A stretch of 64,000 nt of DNA from Magallana gigas (Eukaryota). Shown here one piece after another: positions 13,678 to 25,432 of this stretch. Position 1 is the stretch's first letter, and each line of letters starts with the position of its first letter. The stretch is from assembly GCF_963853765.1 (NCBI RefSeq), contig NC_088855.1, forward strand, positions 40,300,001 through 40,364,000, read 5' to 3'. The notes beneath the pieces are model-generated. The model worked only from the letters and a program-made list of their open reading frames with translations, was not told the DNA's origin and did not search any database. The position numbers and the translations under genes are program-made.

Positions 13678-15282
13678 CAATTGAAAACAAAGATCATTTA
13701 CAAAATATTTCAATATAAATATGCAGAAAAACATTATAAGCACAACATGGCTGTTTATTTGGGGCAATGGTGACATTGTTAATCAAGCTCGCTGAATATA
13801 TATCTACAATGTGCATGTATGAGTGTATAAAGCTCGTTTCTTTATTAAGCCACAAGGTTGTTATTTTTTCCTGGGTTTTTTTTCTGTAATAAACCATTTC
13901 ATGCTCAACTTTGTTCGTTTTATGATTCTCAATTTAATAAATGAATATAATTAGCATTCAAAGAATATTTGATACAACTGTCCTATAACTTCTGGTATGA
14001 TTTATCTCAAAAAAAAAATAAATTACATGTATACAACATGACCATTTACGACACAATACTACTCCTTTTTTAATGTATAGTCTATGAAAGGTACGAATCA
14101 ATGGATATGGAATTAGTAGTTCAGTAGAAGCATGGGATGAAGATGCATGCTTTCAATATATGCTGACCCTATCACAAATATTTCAAAATTAACCTATTAA
14201 AATTTAGAGGTTTAGTTTGTATAGGCTTCGGTCTGTTCATCTGATGTGTGTTATCTATTTTGAACTTATTTATTTATTGTCATTTTTATATCAAATTCCA
14301 TTTCAACATAATTTTGTAGGGTTTTTAACATTTATTAAGACACAACGTAAAGCTTCCAATTAATTATTATGACAAAGTAAAAACTATTCTTATATGAAAC
14401 AATATATTATTGTATCTTTAGGAAATATTCATGTGATCTTTAAAAGAGATAATTCGGGTTAACCAAATCAGCTCTAGATCTGGTTATATCGAAATTGCTT
14501 ATTAAACGGCTTATCGATATGGTATCACATATTTTTATTTGTACGACATGTTATTTACCAGATAACAAACACTTGAAAAATTACCTACATCAAATGATTC
14601 ACTTTTTTCATCTTCAATGATGAGAATATGATGTAACGACATTAAAGAAAAAGGAATTGCAGTTTTACATTTTATTTTAATTTAGCATTAAAGAGAAAAT
14701 GTACGATTGTTTTTTAAAAAATTTTGTTGTGTTTGGTTTTAGAATGTTACAATAATGCTGTTTAAAACAAATCATGACAAAACACTTCAAATCACTAAAA
14801 TCCTCGATTTAATTGCGAAACAATCACAATTTTTTAAAGTAAAATCTGATAGACCATACAAAACACCTTTAAATGTGTTGTTATAATCTTATAAGGTTTT
14901 CTGGATAATGAACTACTTTGTTTAAATGTGACAAAACCTTTTATGTCGTTCAATTATTGCCTTTTAGTACTTGTAAACTCCACAGATTGGATATATTATC
15001 CCTGCATTATTTTATTTTTTGGCAGATTTAAGTGAGGCCGGAATTTGACCCGGATTGATTTAGTATTATTAAATGGTTAATCCGTATGTATTGAAGAAAA
15101 AATCAGGTTTGTCCTACTAAGGCCAAGTAATTATAATTCTCTCTAATCGTCTAATCCTATATTACAGCAAGATTTAAGCCAGTAATATACAAAGTTTGGT
15201 CGAGGCCCTGTGCTTCCAGACTAGCAATGTGAAGGACAAACCCTAAAACAAACGGATACTTGTATAAACTACATCCGTCAAA

Positions 15283-16720
15283 ATGGCGGACAAGTTGGTG
15301 TTCGTTGTTAGCTTATGTCTTCTCCTAGCCCCATGGCTGGAAGCAAATCCGACAGGATGTGTTGCAAAGCCCGGAAACTACGATTCTACTATTCCAACAC
15401 AGTGTACATACGGGTCATTCTCGACGCCTTTAGCTCAGACGTCTTTTACGACTCTGTCCACGCAGAGAATGGAGTTTGTGGAGTATCAGACGTCATTCAC
15501 GTCCGCTCAGTTCTCAGCGTTTTCAAGCACAACTGGATTCAGCACCAAGCATCCAAACTCAATCACGATAGCCTGTAAGTCAGGGATCTCCTCCTTTGCC
15601 TTTGGTTCCAATGCGTTTTCAGATTTCCCTAACGTGGTAGAAGTCACCATTATTAACTGCCCTAGTACTACTTTCCCAGCTTCTGTATTCAATGGACTGA
15701 CTTTGAGTAAACTGACTATCAAGGGCGGAAGCATCGCATCAATAGACGCGGGAACATTCACGGGACTAACCATCACCAACATGAATATTACGTCCGAGGA
15801 GAGCGGACTTATCTTCAAAGACTGTCCGATCACAGGGACGCTACCGGAGGCCTTGTTCTCAACGCTAACCACCATGGAATACCTTATACTAGAGGGACTG
15901 AACCTCGACCAACTAGAAACGACCACTTTTACTAATTTGACCAGTCTTCGTTATCTGAGCTTTTCCAATAACAAACTCACGAACATTACTGAGGGTATCT
16001 TCGGCGAACTACGAGCCCTCACTGAGATCAATATGGACGAAAACCCGTGGTTGTGCGACTGCGATTCCCTGTGGTTCTTGGACTACAGCCTTTACCACGG
16101 CATCAAGCTCAGTGGAGGACCACTATGTTCAACACCTGTAGAATACAACTGTAAGGGAAACCGTCAGTTCTTTCTTTTAGTCCTTCAATTTCATAAGTTC
16201 CTTTGACAATAGTATGTGTTTATGATTTATTTTGAACAAAAAGTATCTTTATACTTATTCAGATAAACGTGCAACGAAATACTGGGACGAGGTATGTCCA
16301 AAGCTTAACGCATGTGGACACAATGTAGGTATGTAATGAGGGATAAAAAGAAATGAGCACAAATAACGCTGAGGCCATTAAAACAAAAATTAATGGGGAT
16401 GATATTTTGATGGGTCTGGCATGAAAGGAAACTTGATTTCAATGACTGTCTTTTCAGGGGTTGCTATAGCTCCAGCGACGTGCATTCTGTTGGCTGATTT
16501 TATCAGTTACATCCTCGTAGTCATTGTTGTCATCATTTCGAGTATAGCACTTGGAATCATCTGCAAGGTGCGCCGAGATCTGAAAGCCGTACAGGACCGT
16601 CTGAAAAACAAGAGAGCTACGTCATGGGGCCGCGTGCAGGAGATGATGAAGAAGAAAGAGGCCAGCAGTGGGGTATCACAGAAGCCACCGTTCCCGACCA
16701 AAACGGGATGGGGAAATTGA
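15283..16720 (+). CDS. LRR single-pass membrane protein, paralog 4 (398 aa)
   Basis: Exons 15283-16150, 16263-16328, 16458-16720. Canonical LRRCT NPWLCDCDSLWFL; TM FISYILVVIVVIISSIALGIIC; tail KRATSWGRV...KTGWGN*. Confidence 0.9.
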
Positions 16721-18117
16721 CATTTCAGAATTTATGTGTTTATGTTATTTTCTAATGCATGCAAGTTGTTTGTTTGAAACAAATCAACTGATTTATGTTC
16801 TTTTTTTACTACAGTGTCGACAATATATTCCTCTTTGTACTTGTTTTGAATGTTTGACTTGTTTTAAAAGATGATCGATTGTATTACTGATACCGGTATG
16901 TTGATTGTGAAAGATTGGCATTGGTTTTCTAAGCAAACCGTACGAACCTAGGAAATTGCCAGCAACATATATAATATCAAAGTCCAATTGCATCTTCGAC
17001 AAGAAAACTATTTATAGACAAAAAAACAAATGCTTGTTAAAAAGCACAGCAATAAGAAACATTTTTGTGCTTTTATGTTGTAGATAGAAAGCATTTACTT
17101 TGGACAGTTTGTTATGATGCACTCTGAATAAGCATTACAATACTATTGTGTTCTTTATGTCAGTCGAGTTCATTGTGTATCATTGCATTGCGTCAATGCC
17201 TAATAAACAAGAGTGTAATACATGTATCTAATAAATCTTCATTGTATTTCATAAAGTCTTTATCTTAATTGTTAGAAAATACCGGTATTTGCTAAATGTT
17301 AATTTGACCAGCATGCCATGACAATCTATACCACTGTGCATGTACATTGTAATTTCTGCTTCATTTCCGAAGAAAAATTTACAATGTTTAAACAATGTTT
17401 AAACAACTTCTGATAAAACCGATTCTCATTTTCAAAAACCCTTTTTAGTTGTTTATCCGCAAATGATTGTACACATCCATTAACTTTTAAAAATTGTTTT
17501 AATCCTGATGAATTTTGCAGTATTTGTTGCATTTATTTGTATCCGACAATGTTAAAAGATGGAATGGCGTCATATCTTTAAAATCATTATTTTAGATTCA
17601 CTGTGCGTGTATTATTTTGTGTTCGATATAGCTTAGAATGCACGGACTTCATACTACCAAAAATTATAAAAATGTCCATTTATGAAAATATTGGCTTTTT
17701 TAAAATTCAAGGCACTAAACAACAAAAACAACAATGAAACCTACTTTGACTCACTTTAAACGAACAATCAAAGATTGGTGTAAAATTGCAAAGTAAAATG
17801 CTTTATTTCAAGGGGTCAAGAAAAACAACTGCCTCGGGAGGAGGCGGTTTATTCTGCAATTTTAGCTACCTTCTTAATGCATAAACCGCCTTAAAAAAAA
17901 TTGTTTATATCTCGACATGAATCGGTCGTTTATCTAAATAAAATAAATAAATAAATAAAAATCTTTGCAAAGTCGGTATGTCTTGTGCATTTCGGACGGC
18001 TTCTTTCGGCTTTTCGACAACTAAACCGTTGCAAAGTATAAATAAAATGCTTATTAGACGATCTATCGTTTGCCCGATGCAGAATGTGCTGCATATAAAG
18101 CTGAGATATTTTTTAAA

Positions 18118-18397
18118 GGTTGTATGGGCCACCTCCATATTGTGTCGTACTTCCTATCGAAATAAGAAATAAAATCATATGTATAATCTCATAATTATTT
18201 TCTTTCTCAAAATTTGTAACAGTATAGCGAAGTGGACTTCGAACTCATACGATTATGCGAGTCACGAGTTCGAATTACGATTCCAAGGGCTTTTATAATT
18301 TGTATCCTTAAAAACAAGCAGCTTTTGGTCAAATTGGTGAAAGTATTTTGATTATAGTCTATTTTTATCCACATTAATATCGACAGGTGTCCCATAC
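18118..18397 (+). mobile_element. Old non-autonomous TIR element containing a decayed tRNA-like segment
   Basis: 5' GGTTGTATGGGCCACC and 3' GGTGTCCCATAC form an imperfect TIR. Internal GTCACGAGTTCGAATT (B-box-like). Aligns by eye to 21310-21540. Confidence 0.55.
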
Positions 18398-19361
18398 TGG
18401 TCCCCTTTGTTGATGCATACATAGTGCATCTCGCTTTATCTACATATTGTAGTAAAAAGGAAGATAATCTACATGTATGTATATTAGTAATTAACACAAG
18501 AATGAACCCCAAGCATTAACCTACCATTAGACGATGAAATGAATTTGTTCTCTTTATCTAAACCTTTATACTTTGAGTCATTTCTCGTTCATTTAAATGG
18601 CATATATTTTTTCTCAACAAATAATATGGTCCCAGATTAACTTTATTTTTAATATCTAAGGTCATTAAGCGATATGAAAGCTCTAAAGTAGGTCAACTAA
18701 ATGGGGCGACGTTTGCTTATATTTTGTTTATTTGCATGGATACTTATCCCAAAAGAATGTACATTGTAAATGACCACTTACATATACGACACGTAAAGTT
18801 CGTGTTTAGTAATCCACTTCAGATTTTTAAAGGACGAATGGTTAAAAAAAAATAACCACCATCGTAGAAATCGTATTAACAGAATAAGTATTTTTGTGAA
18901 ATCTGTTTTCAAAAACTTTAAGATTTTTGTTAAATTAAAATACTTTTTGAAAGAAATCTTGAAACGCAATTTGAAGAAAAAACGTATAGCAAGGACATTT
19001 CATTTTAAACGAAGCTTCATATTTTTCTTCTACACGTGTATTCAACTAAAGATAAAAAAAAATTAACATTCATCAGTGTGTCGGCTCATAATCATCGAAC
19101 AAAGAGGACGAAACGTCATTATATTTTCAATCCGCTTACATTTATCCGCACAAATCGTGTTCCATTTTTAAGAAATTAAATCAATAAGAGTTTCAAACTT
19201 TTAAACGTGTTTTACCGTCGCATTATTTAAGGTTTTTACGGATCATTGAGCGCCCGAACATTACAGGACTACATAGGTAGTTCGACCGTTATTTGGAGGA
19301 GATAAAAGTATCTCCAAATGAAAACTTTTTTTTAGAAAAACAGTGACATCAGATTGAAAAA

Positions 19362-20817
19362 ATGTCTCTACGATTTTTGGTCGTAGTTTTGGCTATGTGT
19401 TACAGCGTGTATGGAAATCCTCAGGGTTGTTCTTACGATTCCACGGAACTCCTCCACACGTGTAATGCTCGAGCCTGGTCCTTACCGCTGGCCTTTGGAA
19501 CCTTCTCTCCTCAGCCACAAAGAATTCTACTACGTGAAGTGGATGGAGAACTCCCAAACGGCTCACCAAGCGGTCCAACCTTTTCTGGATTCTCCTCCAT
19601 CAACACGGGAACGTTTGATTCCAACTATGCCCCAGAACTGATCATTAGGTGTACCTCTAATGGCCAGTTAATCATCACCCAGGCCGCTTTCACTGACATG
19701 GGATGGGTAGAGGAGTTGACGATAGAAGACTGCGACATTCTCTCTCTTCCTGTTCAAGTCTTTCAAAATTTCGGAAACATTAACCGTTTTGCCATCATTG
19801 GCGGGTCCATTGATGCGATGGTAGGAGATAGCTTTACTGGGATGAATGTCGAAAAAATGACCACGGTGCCTGATCCTAGAGGGGAGTTTATTATCCGGAA
19901 CAGCCGACTTGTATCAGGAGGTTTTGCTTTTGGCGCCCTTTTCTCGCAGGCAAACGCAACCCGCGTCATCATCGAAAATGCCAATCTGAAATCCATCCAG
20001 ACCGATATGTTCTATGCCCTACAGAAGATGACCTATCTGTCTCTGAGTAACAATCCCTATACTTACCTACCCACAGATCTGTTCAAGGGAATCAACTCGT
20101 TGACCACGGTGGACTTATACGGCATTTCCTGGGCGTGCACTTGTACAAACATCTGGCCACCTACGTGGTTGGGAAGCAACAACATCACCATGAACGGAGA
20201 TGCTGTATGCGGCAGCCCAACAGCGTATGAAAGTAAGTTCAGGTTTTCTACTGAAAGCGTGAAATGGTTCAAAATGTTATTTATTCTTATATAAATATAT
20301 GTATAAAAACAACGCCATCTTTTCTTCAGATGTAAAAATGTCCTATTATGAAAAAGAACAGTGTCCTCAACAAGATGTTTGCGCAAAAGCCGGACAAACA
20401 GGTAATAAACTATACAAAATCATCTTCAAATTTTTTTATTTTCTAAATTCCTGATAAACATGCTCACAGCAAAAAGAATACAGACATCGGGGACGATAAA
20501 ACCCTCTTTGTCTATAGACCAATACTAGTAAGCATCAGATGTCCCTTTTACAGTAAATGACATTGTCCTCTGTCTATCATCCAGGTTTCGTCGTGGGAAG
20601 CGTGTGTGTGACCATTCTGGACGTGGTCAACTACGCCCTACTGTTCACTACCTTCGTCCTCTCCCTCGTGGCCCTTGGGCTGGTCATCCACACCAAGAGA
20701 CAAGTAGGTAGCGCCAAGGACTCCAAACAGAAAGGCAAACCCGCCGCCAAAGGTTCCGCGATCCGGCGCTCCAGTGCCAGCTGGAACAAAGTCACCGACG
20801 CCCAAAGCCAGGGCTAG
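19362..20817 (+). CDS. LRR single-pass membrane protein, paralog 5 (391 aa)
   Basis: Exons 19362-20232, 20330-20401 (72 nt), 20585-20817. Signal peptide; LRRs; LRRCT WACTCTNIWP; TM YALLFTTFVLSLVALGLVI; tail RRSSASWNKV. Confidence 0.9.
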
Positions 20818-21309
20818 TCACGAAAGACGAAAAATTGACAATATATTTGAATTTTTACCATTATATCGTTATCATTAATGTCGCTGGTTTGTTATACTGT
20901 TTGGCGTCTTTGGTCCAATGTAGAATGTGACTTCCTCTTCCTCCAGTGCGTGGCGACGATTAACAACTTTGTGTAGTCTGCATTTTAATTTAAACTCACA
21001 GTAATGATATTTTTTTTTACATGAAAGCACTTTTTTAAAAATTTTGATTGATATTTAAAATGTATCAAAAGAACACATTCCTCTGGTGCCAAACAAGCAA
21101 ATAGAGCTGTATAATCGTGTACAAAGTCTCTAAGTGTACATAAAAAAGATTTAATTTATCTTCATGTCGCATTTTATAAAGAAATACCCCATGTTTCATC
21201 TCAATTTCTGGTAGTATGGGGTTCGTTGAGAGTAATAAAACCTATATTGTATGGGTATTTAAATGTAATATTGGAGCCTTCTTTTTGTGATGCACTTCCT
21301 ATTGAAATA

Positions 21310-21540
21310 AACAATAAAATCAAGTATAATTTTATAATTTTTTTCTTTCCCAAAACTGAGCGCAATAGGTTAGAGCGTTGACTACAAATCTGAAAGTCAT
21401 GAGTTCGATTCCCGCTGGTGCTTTCACAATTTTTATCTTTCCAAATGCTTTAAAACATGTTCGTATGTTGAAGTAAAATTACTTAAACTTAGTTTGATTT
21501 AGTTTAAATTACGAAAATAGTAAAATGTTTTGGTATATTA
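21310..21540 (+). mobile_element. Repeat fragment with tRNA-derived head (same family as 18118-18397)
   Basis: A-box-like GCGCAATAGGTTAGAGCG and B-box GAGTTCGATTCCC (21401-21413), without a complete cloverleaf. Confidence 0.6.
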
Positions 21541-22724
21541 CCTCGAGGACGCTGTATATAAGACCGACGGTCGTTATGCTTGAGACTGGTACATACAGTC
21601 ACATCCCGGAAAATCCCGAGCTCTCTGGCTCAATTGTACATCGGATACCTTAAGAGCCAAATTGAATATAGAATACGATATAAAAAATAAAAATACTATG
21701 TCTTTATTTTATATTATATACTTATAAAAATTAAAAACATAATTATCCAAACATTTTGTACATGTTGTGTATGCTAAGAAATAAAAGAAAAAAAATAAAG
21801 AAAAAGACGTTATGTCCGTCATGTGTCCGTCAAATATCTGTTGCTGTTGCCATAGAAATATAGACAGCAATCACGTTGCGTCGTTGTAGTTCGAGGCAAA
21901 ACAAAGCCTGTGAATTTACGAGAAGACAAATTGTGCTATGTCATGTGAATATCCACACAGAGAAATTTGTAGTTTCGGAATCGATACAATTTACGAATCT
22001 TGTGATTAATTTTGTGACATTACTGTTCTCTGTTCCAAGTCATGTGCATAATGAATACAGCGCTGCAGAGGAAATTGTTAACGTTTTCAAATTATCAGAT
22101 ATACACTGACTTTGATTTTTTAAAGTTTAAACGAAAACTCAAATCCATCACTTGTTTTTAGGTTGACCTTCTTCTTCAAGAAACCAACCAGGTCCTAGAG
22201 ACGCCATTGTTCCAGATTTTAGGAGGCTGAATATATTGCCATACATGTATTTTATATGTATATAGGATGAAACTACGCCAAAACTTGCCTTCACGTGAAA
22301 GGGAAACAACCCCACTAGTTTGTGGATACATACTACGCTTTGTACGAGTATTATTTGCATATACGTGTTTCGTACTAACTGTAAGATTAATAAATTACCA
22401 GTTTTGACTTACATTGTACATGCTATGTATATCTGTTAAATAAAAAAATAAAAATATGTGCCCATGCATTATATTTTGACAAATATGAATATATATCAAA
22501 TTGATAATGCTGGGAATCTTGTTCTCTTGCCATCGATAGTACTTTCTCCCACAACCCTTATATATTTGATTTGATCAAAATAAAAAACCAAGTACATGCT
22601 TTTGATTTAATTCTGCTACAGGAAATAGAGATGTTATTTTAATAAAAGTACATTTTGTTGGTGGTGGCTTGTAGTTGTGTTGGAGGGTTATATTATATAT
22701 ACACGACGATAACTAAGAATACGG

Positions 22725-23018
22725 CAGGCACGTAGCATCGTTTTTGAAATTATAGGAGGGCCAAACTCACCCAAAAAATCTTGACAAGCGAATAAAAAAG
22801 AAAACTTCTAAAATCCATGATAATATTAATCCATGGGGGGGTGGGTGTACCTATAACGTCTTATAACATCAATTTCACTGTTAATTGCCCCCCTTTCAAT
22901 TCCATCTTAAATTGGGGGGGGGGGGGGGGGACTCTATGTTAATTTACTTTTTTTAAATGTAAAAACATTGTTTGCTGCGAGAAAAGCCCCCCCCCCCCCC
23001 CCCGATGCTACGTGCCTG
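22725..23018. mobile_element. MITE with perfect 16-bp TIR CAGGCACGTAGCATCG
   Basis: TIRs at 22725-22740 and 23003-23018. Flanks ATACGG / ATACGC (near-TSD). Internal poly-G and poly-C tracts. Confidence 0.85.
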
Positions 23019-23748
23019 ATACGCTAACCGCTTTAAAAAAGAGTTAGTAAAATTGATGAATTTAGACACTCGACCTAAATGTAGTACCCTTTACCCTCTT
23101 TACCGTCTATTTTGGAAGAACCGTCTCAGTCGATTTATATCATTCTTGATGCTCTTTACTTTTATTTGTATGAATTTAAAAGTTATTGCTAATTGCGAAT
23201 TATCAATTAATGTCTATTTTCATGTTGTTACCTTTTTTGTTATATATTTTTTGGTGTTGTAGAAAAACAATATCAAGCTTATTAAATTATTTCAAACTCC
23301 ACTTTATTTTCATTTTGTTCAGCCCAAAAATTTACGAATAGCGATATTTTTAAAAAATTGATTTCAAGATCACGCATAATCTTAAACTTGATATACATCT
23401 ATGTACAGTTTTTCGTTGTGATTAAACACTTCTTAGTTCGAATTCCTGTTATTGTATGACCCCTTACTGATAGCATCGTTGCAAACCACGGTTTTGAGTC
23501 TACAAGTTTCCTCAAACTGGTGATGGAGAGAATCGATGTGAATCACACGTGGGTCACCGACGATGTACTGATAGGAGGGGAACGAGTTCAACATAAAATT
23601 GTACAGGAAAAATCTCGAAACATTTTCAGTTCATATCATGGAGTTCTTGATTTGATTTGAACATATTGTATTTCAAGAAATACAAAACGTTCAGACACAA
23701 GTTCTGACAACTTACGGATTATGTGAAAGAGGGTTGAAAATATTCATT

Positions 23749-24360
23749 TAAGGAGGCCGATTTGGGTTTTTTTGCGGAAAAACTACAATAGCGTAACTCT
23801 TTATTTTTTAACCATATGTAATTTAAACCAACTCTAGTTTATTTGCGAAGGTTCATGAAAATCGACCGTCTGGTTCTTTTTAGGGACCATCTCAAAATAG
23901 AGGTACATTTACTATAGGAATATATAGGAAACTGTCATTTTCCACACATCAAAGCAAAGCAAAGTTTTTAAAAAATACTACAATAGCTTTTTTTCTCAAA
24001 TTGTTAAATATGATTAATAATATCATTTCCTACCTTAAAAAACACAAAATTCTACCGTCTGGTTTTTAGTGGGGGCCATCTCAAAATATTAAAATGCACC
24101 AAATTTTGCTATATATTTGTTTCATCACGAATGATGATTGGTATAATGGATTCATTCCAAAAACGAGGAAAAAGTCCTCGAGGATAGCATCATTCTGTAT
24201 ATAAAATTTCAACAGCGTACAATATTTACCTTTTCTTTTATGTTATTTCGTTTAACGTACTCCTACAAAGCTTCATTTTATCATAACGTCATAAAAGCGC
24301 AGTGGCAATGCTCCCCTACCGCACAACGTAAAAATCGTGTTAAAAATCAAATTTTCCTTT
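23749..24360. mobile_element. Candidate TTAA-GG DNA element with internal ~190-bp duplication
   Basis: Starts TTAAGGAGGCC. The motif (A)CTACAATAGC...ACCGTCTGGTT...CCATCTCAAAATA occurs at ~23780-23900 and ~23975-24090. Right end uncertain. Confidence 0.35.
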
Positions 24361-24544
24361 AAAAATCTAACAGTCACTTGATATTTTATATATTACTTAA
24401 AGACAATGTCTTACGTCTTTCCATAGACATATAGCGTTATATGTGTATGGTCTTTCTCATAAAATATTATCAAATCCCTCTATCACTATTTATGTCCCCC
24501 AGTGGAAAAACCTTATGTAGACCCCCCTTTTTGTTTTATCATCG

Positions 24545-24960
24545 CGAAGACCGGGGGTTATCTTATTTGTTAGAATCAGTATGGGGATAGAGGTCTCCTA
24601 ATATTTTCTTTCAATTCATACCTAAGGTTACTTTATGGGTTAAATTTTACCAATTCATGGACAGCGGGTCGTCATTATATTTTATCAATCCAAGGACCGG
24701 AGGTTACCTTATATGGTATATCAATACGGGGATTGTGGGGCATTTATGTGTACTATCAATACAAGGTCATTTACTGTATTCCATCGATGCGGAAACCGGA
24801 TGACATCTAATGTATTCTATCAAAGTCACAGACCGGAAATCGCCTTATACAATCTTTAAAAAGTGGAACGGAGGTACTATAGCCATAGACGGACCGGAGG
24901 TCATGCAAACAAGGGTCAATTTACGTGTTCTCTGAATACGGGGACCGGATGTCACTTTAT
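24545..24960. repeat. Degenerate ~35-50 bp repeat with ACCGGA(G/T/A)(G/A)TC core
   Basis: Cores near 24549, 24696, 24796, 24832, 24867, 24893 and 24944, often preceded by TATCAATAC(GG)-like text. Confidence 0.55.
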
Positions 24961-25009
24961 TTGTTATGGCTATTTGAATTTTAATTCAGTTAGGTAAACA
25001 GTGCATTTA

Positions 25010-25270
25010 CAGGCACGTAGCATCGTTTTTTTTTTACGGGGGGGGGGGGGGCAACCTCATTCAAAAAATTCTGACAAGCCAAAAATTAAAAAAATTAGAA
25101 ATTCAAAAATTAAAAAAATTAAAAAAACCCCAACAACTATAACATCAATTTTCAATTTCCCTCATAATTTCATTTTTTTTAATCATTTTCATTATATTTT
25201 TTACATACTCCCAAATGAGTGGGAGAACCAACTCCATGATTATTCAATTTTTTTTATATGTAAATTTAAA
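25010..25270 (+). mobile_element. Second copy (left part) of the CAGGCACGTAGCATCG MITE, cut by a gap
   Basis: Same TIR at 25010, followed by the same ...CTCA..CAAAAAAT.CTGACAAG internal sequence. Confidence 0.8.
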
Positions 25271-25432
25271 NNNNNNNNNNNNNNNNNNNNNNNNNNNNNN
25301 NNNNNNNNNNNNNNNNNNNNNNNNNNNNNNNNNNNNNNNNNNNNNNNNNNNNNNNNNNNNNNNNNNNNNNNNNNNNNNNNNNNNNNNNNNNNNNNNNNNN
25401 NNNNNNNNNNNNNNNNNNNNNNNNNNNNNNNN
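25271..25432. other. Assembly gap (N)
   Basis: Run of n. Confidence 1.

Noticed and set aside
17840-17893. Short hairpin AGGCGGTTTAT...ATAAACCGCCT as a structured ncRNA
   Set aside because: Only an 11-bp stem; most likely the ends of a deleted MITE; no other support.
4289-20386. Nested and antisense ORFs over LRR exons (e.g. 4626-4874, 9133-9558, 12465-12770, 15507-15926, 19763-19996)
   Set aside because: Shadow frames of GC-richer coding exons; no independent start context, splice support or motifs.
13433-20817. TIR domain downstream of the LRR-TM exons (Toll-like receptors)
   Set aside because: Every tail ends in a stop 40-55 aa after the TM within the same exon, and no TIR box motifs are visible in the window.
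21359-21420. tRNA gene
   Set aside because: A and B boxes are present but there is no pairing acceptor stem or clean anticodon arm; it lies within a repeat. The same applies to 54581-54646 and ~18235-18280.
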